The notes: generated by a model not told the origin, from the sequence alone. A stretch of 64,000 nucleotides of DNA from Pseudomonadota bacterium (GCA_027621535.1 JAQCBB010000001.1:4552-68551), one strand, 5' to 3'; positions 10,388 to 20,985 are shown, counted from the stretch's first letter. Numbers and translations: made by a program.

Positions 10388-10474
10388 TTAAGCATTTTTA
10401 TGATTAGTAGTTATGATTTAAATAGATTAAAATTAATAATCTGATTATATCAATAATAACCCGATCATTTAATT

Positions 10475-11335
10475 ATGAGCTTTAAAAAAATTGCAATCAT
10501 AGGTAAATATAACAATTTAAAAGAAGACCCAAGTTTTTCTGGAAAATTAAGAGCTCTAATTGATTTTATCGTCTCAAAAAAAATTCAAGTTTTTGTAGAA
10601 GAAAAAACTCAACAACAGTTTAAGTTAAATTCTTATGATTCTATTGCTTTATCACAATGTGAGGATGTAGACCTTATTATAGTTTTAGGAGGTGATGGAA
10701 CTATGTTGGGTGTTGGAAGAACAATTTCCCAAATAGGTGTGCCAATGGTTGGAATCAATCAAGGAAGATTTGGTTTTTTAGCTGACATTAGTTTTGATGC
10801 CATGGAGAACGAGTTAACCTCGATTCTTGAGGGAAGTTACAAAACAGATGAGCGTATGCTCCTCAATGTAAAAGTTATGCGCGATAACAAATTAATTTAT
10901 GAATCATTGGCGCTCAATGACATCGTCATTAAAGGTGGTTCTAGATTAATTGAACTAGAGCTGAGTGTTAATCAAAAGTTATTACATAATCAAAGATCCG
11001 ATGGGATCATTGTGGCAACACCAACTGGGACGACTGCATATGCACTCTCTGCTGGTGGCCCGATTTTACATCCTGATTTAGATTCTGTAGCTATTGTTCC
11101 TATTAGTCCTCATACCTTGAGTAATCGTCCTATTGCAATAAGTGCTGAGCAATCTATATCCGTTAGAATTATTGATATGAATGAGGGTTTTCTGAGCGTT
11201 GATGGGCAGATAAAATTTCCTTTAGATTTGCGTGATCAAATTCACATTCAAAAATCTTCAAACTTTGTCACCATTTTACATCCAAATGATTATTGCTATT
11301 TTGAGATGTTAAGAAATAAATTAAATTGGGGTTAG
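10475..11335 (+). CDS. nadK: NAD kinase
   Basis: The product has the GGDGTMLG motif, NDIVI and TPTGTTAYALSAGGPI, and is 286 aa. Confidence 0.9.
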   Translation: MSFKKIAIIGKYNNLKEDPSFSGKLRALIDFIVSKKIQVFVEEKTQQQFKLNSYDSIALSQCEDVDLIIVLGGDGTMLGVGRTISQIGVPMVGINQGRFGFLADISFDAMENELTSILEGSYKTDERMLLNVKVMRDNKLIYESLALNDIVIKGGSRLIELELSVNQKLLHNQRSDGIIVATPTGTTAYALSAGGPILHPDLDSVAIVPISPHTLSNRPIAISAEQSISVRIIDMNEGFLSVDGQIKFPLDLRDQIHIQKSSNFVTILHPNDYCYFEMLRNKLNWG

Positions 11336-11338
11336 AGG

Positions 11339-12985
11339 ATGTTGTTGAGTTTAAATATTCGTGATTATGTGATTGTTGATCAACTAGAGCTTAGCTTTAG
11401 TCAAGGATTTACTGCTTTAACAGGCGAGACAGGGGCAGGAAAATCGATTTTAATTGATGCATTATCATTATCTCTAGGCTCCAGAAGTGAAAGTGGCTTG
11501 ACTCGAAAAGGAAGTGAAAAGTCAGAAATCATATCTGAGTTCGATATATCTAAAAATTCAATTGCAATCGATTGGTTAAAAATAAATGATCTTTTTGAGG
11601 ATGAAACTCTTTTTTTAAGAAGAATTATTTTTCCTGATGGGAGATCGAAGGGCTTTATTAACTCTATTCCTTGTCCAATATCTAAATTAAAAGAAGTTGG
11701 CGATATATTAATCGATATCTATAGCCAGAATTCTTTTCATTCATTGATACAACCAACAACACAATTAGATATTTTAGATCATTATGCACAAGCTACAGAA
11801 CTGGTTAAAAAAACCCAAGAGCTTTATGTGGAATGGAAAGTATTGAAAAAAAAGAAAGAAGAGTTTGAAAAAAATAAATTAAATACCGAACAAGAATTTG
11901 AATATTTAAAATTATTAATTAAAGATTATGAGCAGCTAAATTTCAGTTTTTTAAATTGGGAATTAATTCAAGAAGAACATAAAAAACTATCTAATGCCAA
12001 AGAGTTAATAATCACAATTCAAAAATGTAATAACCTCATTTCAGAGGATGATATCTCTATCAATAAACTTCTTAAGGAAATAAGAAGAGATTTAACAACT
12101 GCATATGAAGTCGATAAAGGTTTAAAGAATGATTCTGAACTATTAGATGATGTTTTGATAAAGATCAATGAGCTTGAAAGAAACTTAAATCATTATTTAA
12201 GTCAATTCAGTGATGATGAAGGCAGGGTGATTGAATTGGAGACTCACATTCAAAGTATTTTTGATTTTTCGAGAAAATATTCTATTCAGCCTGAAAACTT
12301 TGAATCAGAATATAAATTATGGCAAGAAAGATTTAATGAATTAAGTAATGCTTTTGAGGACAATCAGTTTGATCTTCAAGAAAAATTAGCTTTTCAAAAT
12401 TATTATGAATCTGCCACTCAATTATCCAAGCAAAGAATAGACAAGGCAAAATTATTAGCAGATAAAATTACATCATTTTTAAATCAATTATCTTTTAGTA
12501 ACGCTGAACTTCAAATTGATATCAGTCAAGTTGAACCTCAATTGAGTGGTATTGATCAAGTTGTTTTTCACATAAGAACCTTTAAGGGTGCGGATTTGGC
12601 TCCCATATCAAAAGTTGCTTCTGGTGGTGAATTATCTCGTATAAGTCTTGCTATTAGGGTTGCCTCTGCGGAAAACACAAATGTTCCCGTGATGATTTTT
12701 GATGAAGTGGATGTTGGTATTGGAGGGGGGGTGGCCGAGATTGTTGGAAAATTATTAAAGCAACTTGGTAGTTTTTACCAAGTATTTTCAATCACTCATC
12801 TTGCTCAGGTTGCTTCAAAAGCTGATCATCACTTTAAAGTTTATAAGGATGAAAAGGCAGAATCGGTTATCTCAAAAATTACTCTCTTAAACGATCAAGA
12901 GCGGATTCAGGAAACGGCTCGGATGATCGGCGGTATTGAGATTACCGCTACAACTTTGGAGCATGCCAAAGAAATGTTGCATTGA
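11339..12985 (+). CDS. recN: DNA repair protein RecN
   Basis: SMC-like protein with an N-terminal Walker A (LTGETGAGKSILIDAL), a long coiled coil and a C-terminal ASGGELSRISLA signature with Walker B (IFDEVDVGIGG). Confidence 0.92.
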   Translation: MLLSLNIRDYVIVDQLELSFSQGFTALTGETGAGKSILIDALSLSLGSRSESGLTRKGSEKSEIISEFDISKNSIAIDWLKINDLFEDETLFLRRIIFPDGRSKGFINSIPCPISKLKEVGDILIDIYSQNSFHSLIQPTTQLDILDHYAQATELVKKTQELYVEWKVLKKKKEEFEKNKLNTEQEFEYLKLLIKDYEQLNFSFLNWELIQEEHKKLSNAKELIITIQKCNNLISEDDISINKLLKEIRRDLTTAYEVDKGLKNDSELLDDVLIKINELERNLNHYLSQFSDDEGRVIELETHIQSIFDFSRKYSIQPENFESEYKLWQERFNELSNAFEDNQFDLQEKLAFQNYYESATQLSKQRIDKAKLLADKITSFLNQLSFSNAELQIDISQVEPQLSGIDQVVFHIRTFKGADLAPISKVASGGELSRISLAIRVASAENTNVPVMIFDEVDVGIGGGVAEIVGKLLKQLGSFYQVFSITHLAQVASKADHHFKVYKDEKAESVISKITLLNDQERIQETARMIGGIEITATTLEHAKEMLH

Positions 12986-12986
12986 G

Positions 12987-13433
12987 TTATTTATTTTTTT
13001 TATGCGGGCAGGGCTTCTTTGTGCAATCACCATATAAACACAAAGAATGGTCAATAATTATGAAACCATTTTCTTCAGCTATAACCTTTTGTCTCTTTTC
13101 AATTTCACTATCAACAAATTCTTCAACGTATCCACATTGAAGACAAACAATATGATCATGATGAGATTCCTCATTTAACTCATAAACTGCTTTGCCACTT
13201 TCAAAATGATGCTTTAATAGAAGTCTAGCTTGTTCGAATTGAGTTAACACTCTATAGATCGTTGCAAGGCCAATATCTTCACCATTGTTAATCATGATTT
13301 TATATATCTCTTCAGCAGATAAATGTTTTTCTCTATTACTTTCAAAGATATTCAGAACTCTAAGACGGGGTATGGTAGCTTTTAATCCAGTTTTCTTAAA
13401 ATCAACATGATCTTCCATATTTTTTCCAGTCAT
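12987..13433 (-). CDS. fur: Ferric uptake regulator
   Basis: The product has GLKATIPRLRVL..., ATIYRVLTQFEQARLL, HHDHIVCLQCG and a C-terminal CxxC. It lies divergent from bamE. Met6 is an alternative start. Confidence 0.9.
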   Translation of the reverse strand: MTGKNMEDHVDFKKTGLKATIPRLRVLNIFESNREKHLSAEEIYKIMINNGEDIGLATIYRVLTQFEQARLLLKHHFESGKAVYELNEESHHDHIVCLQCGYVEEFVDSEIEKRQKVIAEENGFIIIDHSLCLYGDCTKKPCPHKKNK

Positions 13434-13500
13434 TGAATTAATTTATTTATCATCATGGTATATTATTCAACTCTATTATTCAAAGAAATATTTACACTTT

Positions 13501-13528
13501 ATAATTAATGCGAAATAATTAATGCGAA
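13501..13528 (+). repeat. Perfect 2 x 14-bp tandem direct repeat (ATAATTAATGCGAA) containing the bamE start codon
   Basis: Read directly: 13501-13514 equals 13515-13528. The second copy supplies ATG 13522. The first copy's ATG (13508) opens only a 4-codon ORF. Confidence 0.9.
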
Positions 13529-14379
13529 CAAAAACCTTTTTTCTAATTTTACTCTCTTTGTTGATTTCATGTTGCTCTGTAAAAAACCCTATAGATTATT
13601 TTGAAGCAAAAATTTATAAACTTGATGTGCAGCAAGGCAATATCATTACTGCTGAAATGCTTATGGGTTTAAAGCCAGGGATGACTCAGGCCCAGGTGCG
13701 CTATGTTCTAGGAACTCCGTTAATTCAAGATTCTTTTCATAAGAATCGTTGGGATTATATTTATACGATGATAAAAGACGATCAATTGATAGAGGAGAGA
13801 CATCTAGTTGTAAAGTTTGAAGATGATGAATTGGTTGATATCAAGGGCGATCTAATTAATAAAGACGATGTCATGCTCGGTGCTCAGATGGAAAAACAAT
13901 CAAAAGTGATTACACTCACCAAAGAGGATTACGAAGAACAAAAAAAGGATACAAAGTCCATACTCAGTCGTTTAAATTTTTGGGATAGCGATGCAGAGGT
14001 AAAAGAAAATTCGCAAACTATTAAAATATCTAAAAAGGACTATGAGGGTCAGGAAAAAGATCAGTCGCTTCTGAGTCGTTTAAAGTTTTGGGATGATGAT
14101 CCGGAGCCAAGTGCAAAAGACATTAAAATTGAGACTTCATCAAAAGAGAATAAAGTGATGGAAGTCGTTAAACAAATTGAAGCTTCTGAGGATGAAGAAA
14201 AAGTTATGCCGAGTGTTGATCGTGAAAGTGATAAGAAAATAAAGACAGTTGAGAAGGAGTATAAAATTGACGATGAGCAGTCGGTTAGTCAAAGTGTGAA
14301 AGAGGATATTATAAAGTCTTTACCCGATGAAGCCGATCCTGCATATTTTGAGTTACTATTAGAGAAAATTGGATTTTAG
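13522..14379 (+). CDS. bamE: Outer-membrane assembly lipoprotein BamE (SmpA/OmlA) with a long acidic C-terminal extension
   Basis: The product has a lipobox (LLISC) and a BamE core (QQGNIITAEMLMGLKPGMTQAQVRYVLGTPLIQDSFHKNRWDYIY). It is divergent from fur, as omlA is. It is 285 aa, versus roughly 110-170 aa for BamE proteins I know. Confidence 0.7.
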   Translation: MRTKTFFLILLSLLISCCSVKNPIDYFEAKIYKLDVQQGNIITAEMLMGLKPGMTQAQVRYVLGTPLIQDSFHKNRWDYIYTMIKDDQLIEERHLVVKFEDDELVDIKGDLINKDDVMLGAQMEKQSKVITLTKEDYEEQKKDTKSILSRLNFWDSDAEVKENSQTIKISKKDYEGQEKDQSLLSRLKFWDDDPEPSAKDIKIETSSKENKVMEVVKQIEASEDEEKVMPSVDRESDKKIKTVEKEYKIDDEQSVSQSVKEDIIKSLPDEADPAYFELLLEKIGF

Positions 14380-14381
14380 TT

Positions 14382-15185
14382 ATGAATAAATTAAAAATTA
14401 TTATTTTGGGTGCGACCGGAAAAATGGGTCAAACTTTAATAAAACAGTTAATTTCTGATAAATCTTTCGAACTAGTGGGTGCCCATGAAATAAAAAATTG
14501 TTCGCATCTCGGAAAAGATGCTGGCTATTTTATAGGAATTGAAACAGGTATTTTAATCAGCAATGACTTAACTGATCACTTTCATCTTGCTGATGTCATC
14601 ATAGATTTTACGAGACCTGAGGGCACACTTGATAAGCTTAATTTTGCTGTTAAGCATAAAATTGGCTATGTTATTGGGACAACAGGATTCAATGATGAAG
14701 AAATCATTCAGATTCAATCTGCAAGTAAAAACATTCCTATTTGTATGGCACCCAATATGAGTGTAGGAATTAACGTCTTAATTTCGTTAGTGGAAAAAGC
14801 GGCAAAATTTTTACCAGATTATGATTTTGAAATTATTGAATCTCACCATAAACATAAAGTCGATTCACCTTCAGGTACGGCTCTCAGGCTGGGTCAGGCT
14901 GCTGCAGACGGATTAAAAATAGATTTAGCGGACCATGCGGTATATACCCGATGTGGTCGTGATGAGCAACGCGGCAAAAATGAAATTGGGTTTTCAACCA
15001 TTCGTGCAGGTGATATTGTTGGCGAACATACGGTAATGATAGCCGGTGATGGTGAAAGAATCGAATTAACACATAAAGCAACCAATCGAGTTAATTTTGC
15101 TTCAGGCGCTTTAAAAGCTGCAAATTTCCTGGCGGACAAAACATTTGGACTTTTTGATATGCAAGATGTTTTAGGTTTAAAGTAG
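14382..15185 (+). CDS. dapB: 4-hydroxy-tetrahydrodipicolinate reductase
   Basis: The product has GATGKMG, the EIIESHHKHKVDSPSGTA motif and is 267 aa. Confidence 0.92.
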   Translation: MNKLKIIILGATGKMGQTLIKQLISDKSFELVGAHEIKNCSHLGKDAGYFIGIETGILISNDLTDHFHLADVIIDFTRPEGTLDKLNFAVKHKIGYVIGTTGFNDEEIIQIQSASKNIPICMAPNMSVGINVLISLVEKAAKFLPDYDFEIIESHHKHKVDSPSGTALRLGQAAADGLKIDLADHAVYTRCGRDEQRGKNEIGFSTIRAGDIVGEHTVMIAGDGERIELTHKATNRVNFASGALKAANFLADKTFGLFDMQDVLGLK

Positions 15186-15206
15186 TTAATTTTTTAAACT
15201 AAGACA

Positions 15207-15235
15207 TTGAATGGTTCCCTTATTTCTACTATAAT
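15207..15235 (+). promoter_or_regulatory. Candidate sigma70 promoter for carAB (TTGAAT - 17 nt - TATAAT)
   Basis: The -35 TTGAAT is at 15207-15212, followed by a 17-nt spacer and the -10 TATAAT at 15230-15235. This lies about 60 nt upstream of the carA start, which has the SD AACAGGAG. Confidence 0.5.
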
Positions 15236-15298
15236 TCAGTAGTTTGAAAGACAACATTCTTTTAAACACCCCTTCGATCAAATTAACAGGAGTGTTCA

Positions 15299-16432
15299 TT
15301 GTCGGAAACAACACCGGCCTTTCTAATTTTAAAGGATGGAACCCAGTTCCAGGGCACATCAATCGGAGCAGATTCAAATTCAGTCGGTGAAGTGGTTTTT
15401 AATACATCAATTACGGGTTATCAGGAAATTCTAACAGACCCATCTTATGCAGAACAAATTGTTACCTTAACCTATCCTCACATCGGAAATACAGGGACAA
15501 ATTTAGAAGATTTTGAAAGTGCAAAAGTTTTTTGTAAGGGTTTAATTATTCATGATGAATCCCTTATTAGCTCAAACTTTAGAACCGAAAAAGACCTGTC
15601 AAAATTTTTAAAAGATCAGGGTATTCCGGCCATAGCTGGAATTGATACCCGCCAGTTAACAAGACATATTAGAAAATTTGGAGCTCAAGCAGGCGTCATT
15701 ATTGTTGGCAATCATCTCAAAAACTCTCAAAAGCTTGTTGATAATTTCCCCGGCCTTTCTGGAATGGACTTAGCACAGCAAGTGACAACAAATAAAACAT
15801 ATGATTTTCATGAGGGAGAGTGGGAGCTAGGATCAGGATTTGTAAATCGTATTGATAAAAAATACAAAGTTGTAGCCTATGACTTTGGCGTGAAAAAAAA
15901 TATTTTAAGAATGTTGGTGGCGAGAGGCGCAGATTTAACTGTTGTCCCGGCTAAAACAAGTCCTGAAGATGTATTAAAACTTCAACCTGATGGGATTTTC
16001 TTATCCAATGGTCCAGGCGATCCTGAGCCATGTGATTACGCAATCAAAAGCATAAAGTATTTTATCAAAAAGCAAATGCCTATTTTTGGAATATGTTTGG
16101 GACATCAGTTGTTAGCTCTTGCATTGGGAGCTAAAACTAAAAAAATGAAATTTGGTCATCATGGGGCGAATCATCCTGTGCAAGATTTGTTTTCAAAAAG
16201 AGTTTTTATTACCAGTCAAAATCATGGGTTTACGGTCGATGAGAGTTCATTAAACAATAATATTGTAATTACACACAAGTCTCTTTTTGATCAAACTATT
16301 CAGGGAATAGAGACTAAAAATAAACTCGCTTTTAGTTTTCAAGGACACCCTGAGGCAAGTCCAGGACCAACCGAAATGGCTTACTTATTTGATCAATTTT
16401 TTTCAATAATGCAAAAACCTGAGGAGCATTAA
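15299..16432 (+). CDS. carA: Carbamoyl-phosphate synthase small (glutaminase) subunit
   Basis: The product has [16 protein letters not shown], the glutamine amidotransferase motif [13 protein letters not shown], and HGANHPV. The start codon is TTG, preceded by an SD. Confidence 0.93.
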   Translation: MSETTPAFLILKDGTQFQGTSIGADSNSVGEVVFNTSITGYQEILTDPSYAEQIVTLTYPHIGNTGTNLEDFESAKVFCKGLIIHDESLISSNFRTEKDLSKFLKDQGIPAIAGIDTRQLTRHIRKFGAQAGVIIVGNHLKNSQKLVDNFPGLSGMDLAQQVTTNKTYDFHEGEWELGSGFVNRIDKKYKVVAYDFGVKKNILRMLVARGADLTVVPAKTSPEDVLKLQPDGIFLSNGPGDPEPCDYAIKSIKYFIKKQMPIFGICLGHQLLALALGAKTKKMKFGHHGANHPVQDLFSKRVFITSQNHGFTVDESSLNNNIVITHKSLFDQTIQGIETKNKLAFSFQGHPEASPGPTEMAYLFDQFFSIMQKPEEH

Positions 16433-19400
16433 TTGCCAAAAAGGAGTGACATAAAATCTATTTTAATTATTGGGGCAGGCCCAATCGTGATTGGTCAAGC
16501 CTGTGAATTTGATTATTCGGGAGCACAGGCTTGTAAAGCTCTTCGAGAAGAGGGTTATCGAGTCATATTAGTAAATTCCAATCCAGCAACGATTATGACT
16601 GATCCTAATATGGCAGATGCAACTTATATCGAACCTATACAGTGGGAAATTGTTGAAAAAATAATTGCAAAAGAAACTCCGGATGCGTTATTACCGACCA
16701 TGGGGGGGCAAACTGCTTTAAATTGTGCGCTTGATCTCGATCGTCACGGAGTATTAGAAAAATACAATGTTGAATTAATTGGGGCTTCTAAGCAGGCCAT
16801 TGATAAGGCTGAAGACCGTCAATTGTTTAAAGAAGCGATGAGCCGAATTGGCCTCGCGTCAGCTCGCTCGGCAATTGCTCATAGTTTAGAAGAAGCTCAG
16901 CAAGTGCAAGCTTCGATTGGATATCCTGCAATTATTCGACCATCATTTACCATGGGAGGAAGTGGCGGTGGTATTGCTTATAATCAAGAGGAATTTGTTG
17001 AAATCTGTGAGCGGGGCTTGGATGCATCTCCAACCAATGAGCTTCTGATAGAAGAGTCGCTATTGGGTTGGAAAGAATTCGAGATGGAAGTGGTGAGAGA
17101 TAGGAATGACAATTGCATCATTATCTGCTCGATAGAAAATCTCGATCCTATGGGCGTGCATACCGGAGATTCAATCACGGTAGCGCCAGCACAAACTTTG
17201 ACAGATAAAGAGTATCAAATTATGAGGTCAGCTTCGATTGCCGTGCTCAGAGAAATTGGTGTTGATACAGGGGGTTCAAATGTTCAGTTTGCTATTCATC
17301 CTGAAGACGGACGTATGGTAGTTATTGAAATGAATCCCAGAGTTTCACGCTCTTCCGCTCTTGCTTCCAAAGCAACAGGTTTTCCAATCGCAAAAATTGC
17401 GGCTAAGTTAGCTGTTGGCTTTACTCTAGATGAGTTGAAAAATGACATTACAGGCGGACAAACTCCTGCCTCATTTGAGCCAACCATTGATTATGTTGTA
17501 ACAAAAATTCCAAGATTTGCTTTTGAGAAGTTTCCAAAAGCGAATAGTCATTTAACCACTCAAATGAAGTCTGTTGGTGAGGTTATGGCGATCGGTAGAA
17601 CTTTTCAAGAATCATTTCAAAAAGCCTTACGCGGTCTTGAGACTGGAGTGAATGGATTATCATCAAAAACAAAAGATATAGATTTAATCATTAACCAATT
17701 GAGACAGCCTGGCCCTGAGCGAATTTGGTTCTTAGCTGACGGTTTTCGTTTAGGCATGTCCCTTAATGATATTCATCAAGAGTCAAAAATTGACCCTTGG
17801 TTTTTAATTCAAATTCAAGAGTTAATTCAATTAGAAAACAAAATATCTTCATACAATTTGAATGATTTGAATGCTGCAACGCTTCTTCAATATAAGAAAA
17901 AAGGATTTTCAGATGAGCGACTGGCTGAGCTTATGGCTGTCTCCCAGAAACAGATAAGAGATCTTCGAAATCAATTAAAGGTAAAGCCAGTTTATAAAAG
18001 AGTGGATACTTGCGCAGGTGAATTTGAAACATCCACGGCATATATGTATTCCAGTTATGACCAAGAATGTGAAGCGCTTCCGACAAGCAATAAAAAAATA
18101 ATGATTTTGGGAGGCGGGCCAAACCGAATTGGACAAGGCATTGAATTTGATTATTGTTGTGTTCATGCGGCATATGCCCTAAGAGAAGAGGGTTATGAAA
18201 CCATTATGGTGAATTGTAATCCTGAGACCGTTTCAACAGATTATGATACTTCAGATAGGCTATATTTTGAACCGGTAACTTTAGAGGATGTTTTAGAAAT
18301 TGTTGATATTGAAAAACCTGATGGAGTTATTGTTCAATATGGGGGACAAACACCGCTAAAATTAGCCAAAGTATTAGAAGCTAACGGCGTAAAAATTATT
18401 GGGACCAGTCCTGAAGATATTGATGTTGCTGAAGATCGGGAAAGATTTCAAAAGGTTTTAATTCAGCTTGGATTAAAACAACCACCAAACAGAACAGCAC
18501 GAACAGCTGATGAAGCAATCCAATTAGCAGGAGAAATAGGTTATCCGCTGGTTGTCCGACCAAGCTATGTTTTAGGCGGCAGGGCAATGGAAATTGTTCA
18601 TGAAGAATCAGATTTGCAAAGGTATATGACCGAGGCTGTAAAAGTGTCGCATGAGTCACCCGTGTTGCTTGATCGATTTTTAAATGATGCTCAAGAAATA
18701 GATGTGGATGCGATTTCAGATGGAGAGAATGTTGTTGTGGGTGGAATTATGCAGCACATCGAACAAGCAGGAGTTCATTCTGGTGATTCTGCATGCTCAT
18801 TACCTCCTTTTGATCTGTCAGAAAAAATACAACAAGAGTTGATTAAGCAGACAAAGATTCTGGCTCAAGCGTTAAAAGTTATTGGTTTGATGAATATTCA
18901 ATTTGCGATTCAAGGAGAGGTTATTTATATCCTTGAGGTAAATCCACGAGCATCAAGAACTGTCCCTTTTGTTTCAAAAGCGATTGGTAAACCCCTTGCA
19001 ATGATTGCAGCCAAAGTGATGGTTGGAAAATCCCTGAAAGATCAAAAATTTGTGAAAGAGATAGTTCCTAATTTTTACTCAGTTAAGGAAGCTGTTTTTC
19101 CATTCATTAAGTTTCCCGGTGTAGATACAATTTTGGGTCCTGAAATGAAATCAACAGGGGAGGTGATGGGATTAGGAAAAACTTTTGCTGAAGCATTCAT
19201 CAAATCACAATTGGGTGCCGGAACAACATTGCCTTATAAAGGCAAGGCATTTTTGAGTGTTCGCAAGGAAGATCATGAAAACATTATTGAGATTGCTCAA
19301 GCACTTGCTAAGCTAGGTTTTGATCTGGTTGCCACAGACGGAACAGCAAGGTCTATTCAAAATCATGGCATGATCGTCGATCGAATCAATAAAGTTGCTC

Positions 19401-19627
19401 AAGGACGGCCACATATTGTTGATATGATAAAGAATAAGGAAATAGATTTTATTGTGAATATCACTGAGGATAAAAAAGCAATTGCAGATTCATACACTAT
19501 CCGACGCAATGCCCTTATGAATAAAATTACTTACTATACGACCCTTTCTGGGGCAAAGGCAGCCTGTGTAGGCATGTCTTATGTTGACGAATTGGAAGTC
19601 AATAGTATTCAAAGCTTGCATAAGTAA
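16433..19627 (+). CDS. carB: Carbamoyl-phosphate synthase large subunit
   Basis: The 1064-aa product has duplicated ATP-grasp halves ([21 protein letters not shown] and [20 protein letters not shown]) and a C-terminal MGS-like domain. TTG start directly after the carA TAA. Confidence 0.95.
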   Translation: MPKRSDIKSILIIGAGPIVIGQACEFDYSGAQACKALREEGYRVILVNSNPATIMTDPNMADATYIEPIQWEIVEKIIAKETPDALLPTMGGQTALNCALDLDRHGVLEKYNVELIGASKQAIDKAEDRQLFKEAMSRIGLASARSAIAHSLEEAQQVQASIGYPAIIRPSFTMGGSGGGIAYNQEEFVEICERGLDASPTNELLIEESLLGWKEFEMEVVRDRNDNCIIICSIENLDPMGVHTGDSITVAPAQTLTDKEYQIMRSASIAVLREIGVDTGGSNVQFAIHPEDGRMVVIEMNPRVSRSSALASKATGFPIAKIAAKLAVGFTLDELKNDITGGQTPASFEPTIDYVVTKIPRFAFEKFPKANSHLTTQMKSVGEVMAIGRTFQESFQKALRGLETGVNGLSSKTKDIDLIINQLRQPGPERIWFLADGFRLGMSLNDIHQESKIDPWFLIQIQELIQLENKISSYNLNDLNAATLLQYKKKGFSDERLAELMAVSQKQIRDLRNQLKVKPVYKRVDTCAGEFETSTAYMYSSYDQECEALPTSNKKIMILGGGPNRIGQGIEFDYCCVHAAYALREEGYETIMVNCNPETVSTDYDTSDRLYFEPVTLEDVLEIVDIEKPDGVIVQYGGQTPLKLAKVLEANGVKIIGTSPEDIDVAEDRERFQKVLIQLGLKQPPNRTARTADEAIQLAGEIGYPLVVRPSYVLGGRAMEIVHEESDLQRYMTEAVKVSHESPVLLDRFLNDAQEIDVDAISDGENVVVGGIMQHIEQAGVHSGDSACSLPPFDLSEKIQQELIKQTKILAQALKVIGLMNIQFAIQGEVIYILEVNPRASRTVPFVSKAIGKPLAMIAAKVMVGKSLKDQKFVKEIVPNFYSVKEAVFPFIKFPGVDTILGPEMKSTGEVMGLGKTFAEAFIKSQLGAGTTLPYKGKAFLSVRKEDHENIIEIAQALAKLGFDLVATDGTARSIQNHGMIVDRINKVAQGRPHIVDMIKNKEIDFIVNITEDKKAIADSYTIRRNALMNKITYYTTLSGAKAACVGMSYVDELEVNSIQSLHK

Positions 19628-19716
19628 ATTACTATCATTAAAATCCAATGACACCCCTCATGATTGTTAACCAACATTCGTGTGGATATAAATTTAAAAT
19701 TTCATAAAGGTTACAA

Positions 19717-20196
19717 ATGGCAGGTCAAATTCCAATGACGCGATATGGTGTCGAGCGACTTAAAGAAGAATTACAACAACTTAAAAGCCAAGATCGTCCA
19801 AGTATTATTCAAGCAATTGCTGAAGCAAGAGCACAGGGAGATTTGTCTGAAAACGCAGAATATGATGCTGCAAAAGAGAAGCAAGGCTTTGTTGAAGGAA
19901 GAATATCTGAGATTGAAGCAAAATTATCTAATGTACAAATTATTGATCCCGCCTCACTTAATGCTGAGGGTAAATGTGTATTTGGGGCCACAATAGATTT
20001 GGAAAACTTAAATGATGAAAAAAAAGTGACCTATCAAATTGTAGGTGATGATGAAGCTGACATTAAATCCAGTAAAATTTCTATCAGCTCACCCATTGCG
20101 AGAGCATTGATCGGAAAAGAATTAGGAGATGTTGTCGAAGTTGAAACGCCAGGCGGTATTAAAAGCTATGAAATCATCAATGTGAAATATATTTAA
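19717..20196 (+). CDS. greA: Transcription elongation factor GreA
   Basis: The product has [10 protein letters not shown]..., [18 protein letters not shown] and [13 protein letters not shown], and is 159 aa. Confidence 0.93.
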   Translation: MAGQIPMTRYGVERLKEELQQLKSQDRPSIIQAIAEARAQGDLSENAEYDAAKEKQGFVEGRISEIEAKLSNVQIIDPASLNAEGKCVFGATIDLENLNDEKKVTYQIVGDDEADIKSSKISISSPIARALIGKELGDVVEVETPGGIKSYEIINVKYI

Positions 20197-20631
20197 ATGA
20201 ATACTTTTTTAAAATTTCTAATTTCACTTTGGGTGGGGTCTCTTTGGTGGATGATTGTGGTGGCAAGTGTAATTTTTGACAAGGCCCCTACCAGTTATTT
20301 GGCTGGTTTAATTGCGGGACAATTATTTGAATATTTGAGTTACTTTAGTTTACTAGTTGTGGCTTTCGTGATGGTTCATCTCTTAAAAAGAGAAGGATGG
20401 AGAGTGCTTAAAAATTCACTTTTTTGGGTGTGTTTGCTTACTCTGCTGATAGTGTTCATTAATTTTTTTGGTATTAAACCTTTTTTAGAGGTGTTAAAAA
20501 TACAGGCACTTCCTAAAGAAGTTATGGAGAGTGTTTTTGCAGACCGATTTTCTTTATGGCATGGGGTTTCAAGCATTGCCTACTTGATTCATTCTATCCT
20601 CGCTACTTTTTTAATGATTAAATGGCGCTAG
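20197..20631 (+). CDS. Small integral membrane protein (DUF4149/TMEM205-like)
   Basis: The 144-aa product has four hydrophobic helices. The gene starts on the nucleotide after the greA TAA, a position commonly held by a DUF4149 protein in betaproteobacteria. The family call is from memory only. Confidence 0.55.
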   Translation: MNTFLKFLISLWVGSLWWMIVVASVIFDKAPTSYLAGLIAGQLFEYLSYFSLLVVAFVMVHLLKREGWRVLKNSLFWVCLLTLLIVFINFFGIKPFLEVLKIQALPKEVMESVFADRFSLWHGVSSIAYLIHSILATFLMIKWR

Positions 20632-20912
20632 AGATTAAATTTATTTTTATCTGGATTTAATTTAAAAAATGTAGCTTGATGACCAATTATTTGAATAAAT
20701 TCAGATGCAGTTAACGATGATATTTCTTGAGCCTTCTGCTGTTTTTCGGCTTTGGTTTCCCCAGTGATTTTGATTTTAATTAACTCATGCACACTGAGAG
20801 TGGCAATTACCTCTTGGATAAAATTTGCGGTTATGCCCGCGCTTCCAAGACTAATAACATTTTTTATATGGTGAGCATGCGATTTTAAAAACTTTTTTTG
20901 GCTACTGTTCAT
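20628..20912 (-). CDS. yhbY: Ribosome assembly RNA-binding protein YhbY (CRM domain)
   Basis: The 94-aa product has LKSHAHHIKNVISLGSAGIT...HELIKIKI. It is divergent from rlmE, as in E. coli. Confidence 0.8.
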   Translation of the reverse strand: MNSSQKKFLKSHAHHIKNVISLGSAGITANFIQEVIATLSVHELIKIKITGETKAEKQQKAQEISSLTASEFIQIIGHQATFFKLNPDKNKFNL

Positions 20913-20985
20913 AGTACGGCTATTTTAGTTGATTTAATTATTTTTATCTAAGTTAAGATAGAGTTTAAGGCTATTCTACAATATT

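Noticed and set aside
10388-10474. I looked for a CIRCE operator (TTAGCACTC-N9-GAGTGCTAA) upstream of hrcA
   Set aside because: No inverted repeat of that type is present in the 87-nt spacer. HrcA targets are presumably elsewhere (groES/dnaK).
13434-13521. A possible Fur box in the fur/bamE divergent spacer (AATTTATTTATCATCAT)
   Set aside because: It only partially resembles GATAATGATAATCATTATC. In such A/T-rich DNA this level of match is expected by chance, and I cannot score it properly by hand.
19745-19996. An 83-codon same-strand ORF in an alternative frame inside greA
   Set aside because: It lies entirely within the well-conserved greA coding region. It has no SD, and its lysine/leucine-rich composition is typical of frame-shifted A-rich sequence. 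An overlapping gene cannot be supported without conservation data.
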